DNA of 456 nt from a phage. Both the position numbers and the translations under genes were made by a program. The notes beneath the pieces were generated by a model. The model was not told the origin of the DNA, searched no databases, and saw only the letters and a program-made list of their open reading frames with translations. Below are positions 1-456 of the stretch, piece by piece. Within the stretch, counting starts at the first letter, position 1, and every line of letters starts with the position of its first letter. Location of the stretch: the sequence record S75616.1; one strand, written 5' to 3'.

Positions 1-456
1 ATGGCTCGTGTACAGTTTAAACAACGTGAATCTACTGACGCAATCTTTGTTCACTGCTCGGCTACCAAGCCAAGTCAGAATGTTGGTGTCCGTGAGATTC
101 GCCAGTGGCACAAAGAGCAGGGTTGGCTCGATGTGGGATACCACTTCATCATCAAGCGAGACGGTACTGTGGAGGCAGGACGAGATGAGATGGCTGTAGG
201 CTCTCACGCTAAGGGTTACAACCACAACTCTATCGGCGTCTGCCTTGTTGGTGGTATCGACGATAAAGTTAAGTTCGACGCTAACTTTACGCCAGCCCAA
301 ATGCAATCCCTTCGCTCACTGCTGGTCACACTGCTGGCTAAGTACGAAGGCGCTGGTCTTCGCGCCCATCATGAGGTGGCGCCGAAGGCTTGCCCTTCGT
401 TCGACCTTAAGCGTTGGTGGGAGAAGAACGAACTGGTCACTTCTGACCGTGGATAA
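1..456 (+). CDS. 3.5: T7-type lysozyme: zinc-dependent N-acetylmuramoyl-L-alanine amidase (Amidase_2/PGRP fold) and T7 RNA polymerase inhibitor; complete 151-aa ORF
   Basis: Seen in sequence: uninterrupted ORF from ATG (1-3) to TAA (454-456), matching the 151-aa frame-1 translation in the supplied track. Established knowledge: the translation (MARVQFKQRESTDAIFVHCSATKPSQNVGVREIRQWHKEQGWLDVGYHFIIKRDG...KACPSFDLKRWWEKNELVTSDRG) matches T7 lysozyme as I recall it in length and over essentially its whole length. Residues corresponding to the reported zinc ligands are present: His18 (nt 52-54), His123 (nt 367-369), Cys131 (nt 391-393), counting the initiator Met; these are His17/His122/Cys130 in the literature numbering. 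Tyr47 (nt 139-141) and Lys129 (nt 385-387), both implicated in amidase activity, are also present. No BLAST or HMM search could be run. Confidence 0.93.
   Translation: MARVQFKQRESTDAIFVHCSATKPSQNVGVREIRQWHKEQGWLDVGYHFIIKRDGTVEAGRDEMAVGSHAKGYNHNSIGVCLVGGIDDKVKFDANFTPAQMQSLRSLLVTLLAKYEGAGLRAHHEVAPKACPSFDLKRWWEKNELVTSDRG

Noticed and set aside
8-199. Second plus-strand ORF of 63 aa in an alternate frame (MYSLNNVNLLTQSLF...), fully overlapping the lysozyme CDS
   Set aside because: It is short, lies entirely inside a well-supported gene in a different frame, has a low-complexity Ser/Leu-rich composition typical of off-frame translation, and no overlapping gene is known at this position in T7. Most likely a spurious ORF.
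190-303. Internal in-frame ATG codons (Met64 at 190-192, Met101 at 301-303) as possible alternative starts
   Set aside because: A start at either would remove the N-terminal zinc ligand His18 and a large part of the fold. No convincing Shine-Dalgarno motif precedes them, and the full-length ORF matches the known protein from Met1.
319-339. Short direct repeat ctgctgg ... ctgctgg (319-325 and 331-337; the second copy extends to ctgctggct at 339)
   Set aside because: It is explained by the coding sequence, which has two Leu-Leu pairs (LLVTLLA) using the common CTG codon. It is too short and too imperfect to be a structural or regulatory repeat.
1-456. Possibility that the window contains a novel or previously undescribed system, as the prompt suggests
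   Set aside because: The window is fully accounted for by a single well-characterised gene. There is no unexplained sequence, no additional ORF, no repeat array and no non-coding region on which such a claim could rest.
1-456. Searched for a T7 class II/III promoter (TAATACGACTCACTATAGGG-like) or an RNase III hairpin within the window
   Set aside because: No match to the T7 promoter consensus on either strand. In T7 the nearest promoter (phi3.8) and RNase III site lie downstream of the gene 3.5 stop codon, outside this window.

Overview
The whole 456-nt window is one complete plus-strand ORF (ATG at 1-3, TAA at 454-456) encoding a 151-aa protein. I recognise it as bacteriophage T7-type lysozyme (gene 3.5), a zinc-dependent N-acetylmuramoyl-L-alanine amidase of the Amidase_2/PGRP fold that also binds and inhibits T7 RNA polymerase. 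The zinc-ligand and catalytic residues I recall for this enzyme are all present. There is no intergenic sequence in the window, so no promoter, RBS, terminator, RNA gene, repeat array or mobile element can be supported. I see no evidence of a novel or undescribed system: this is a well-characterised phage gene, and it is also the insert carried by pLysS/pLysE expression plasmids, so the source could be a T7-like phage genome or a laboratory construct. Identification rests on recall of the protein sequence, not on a database search.
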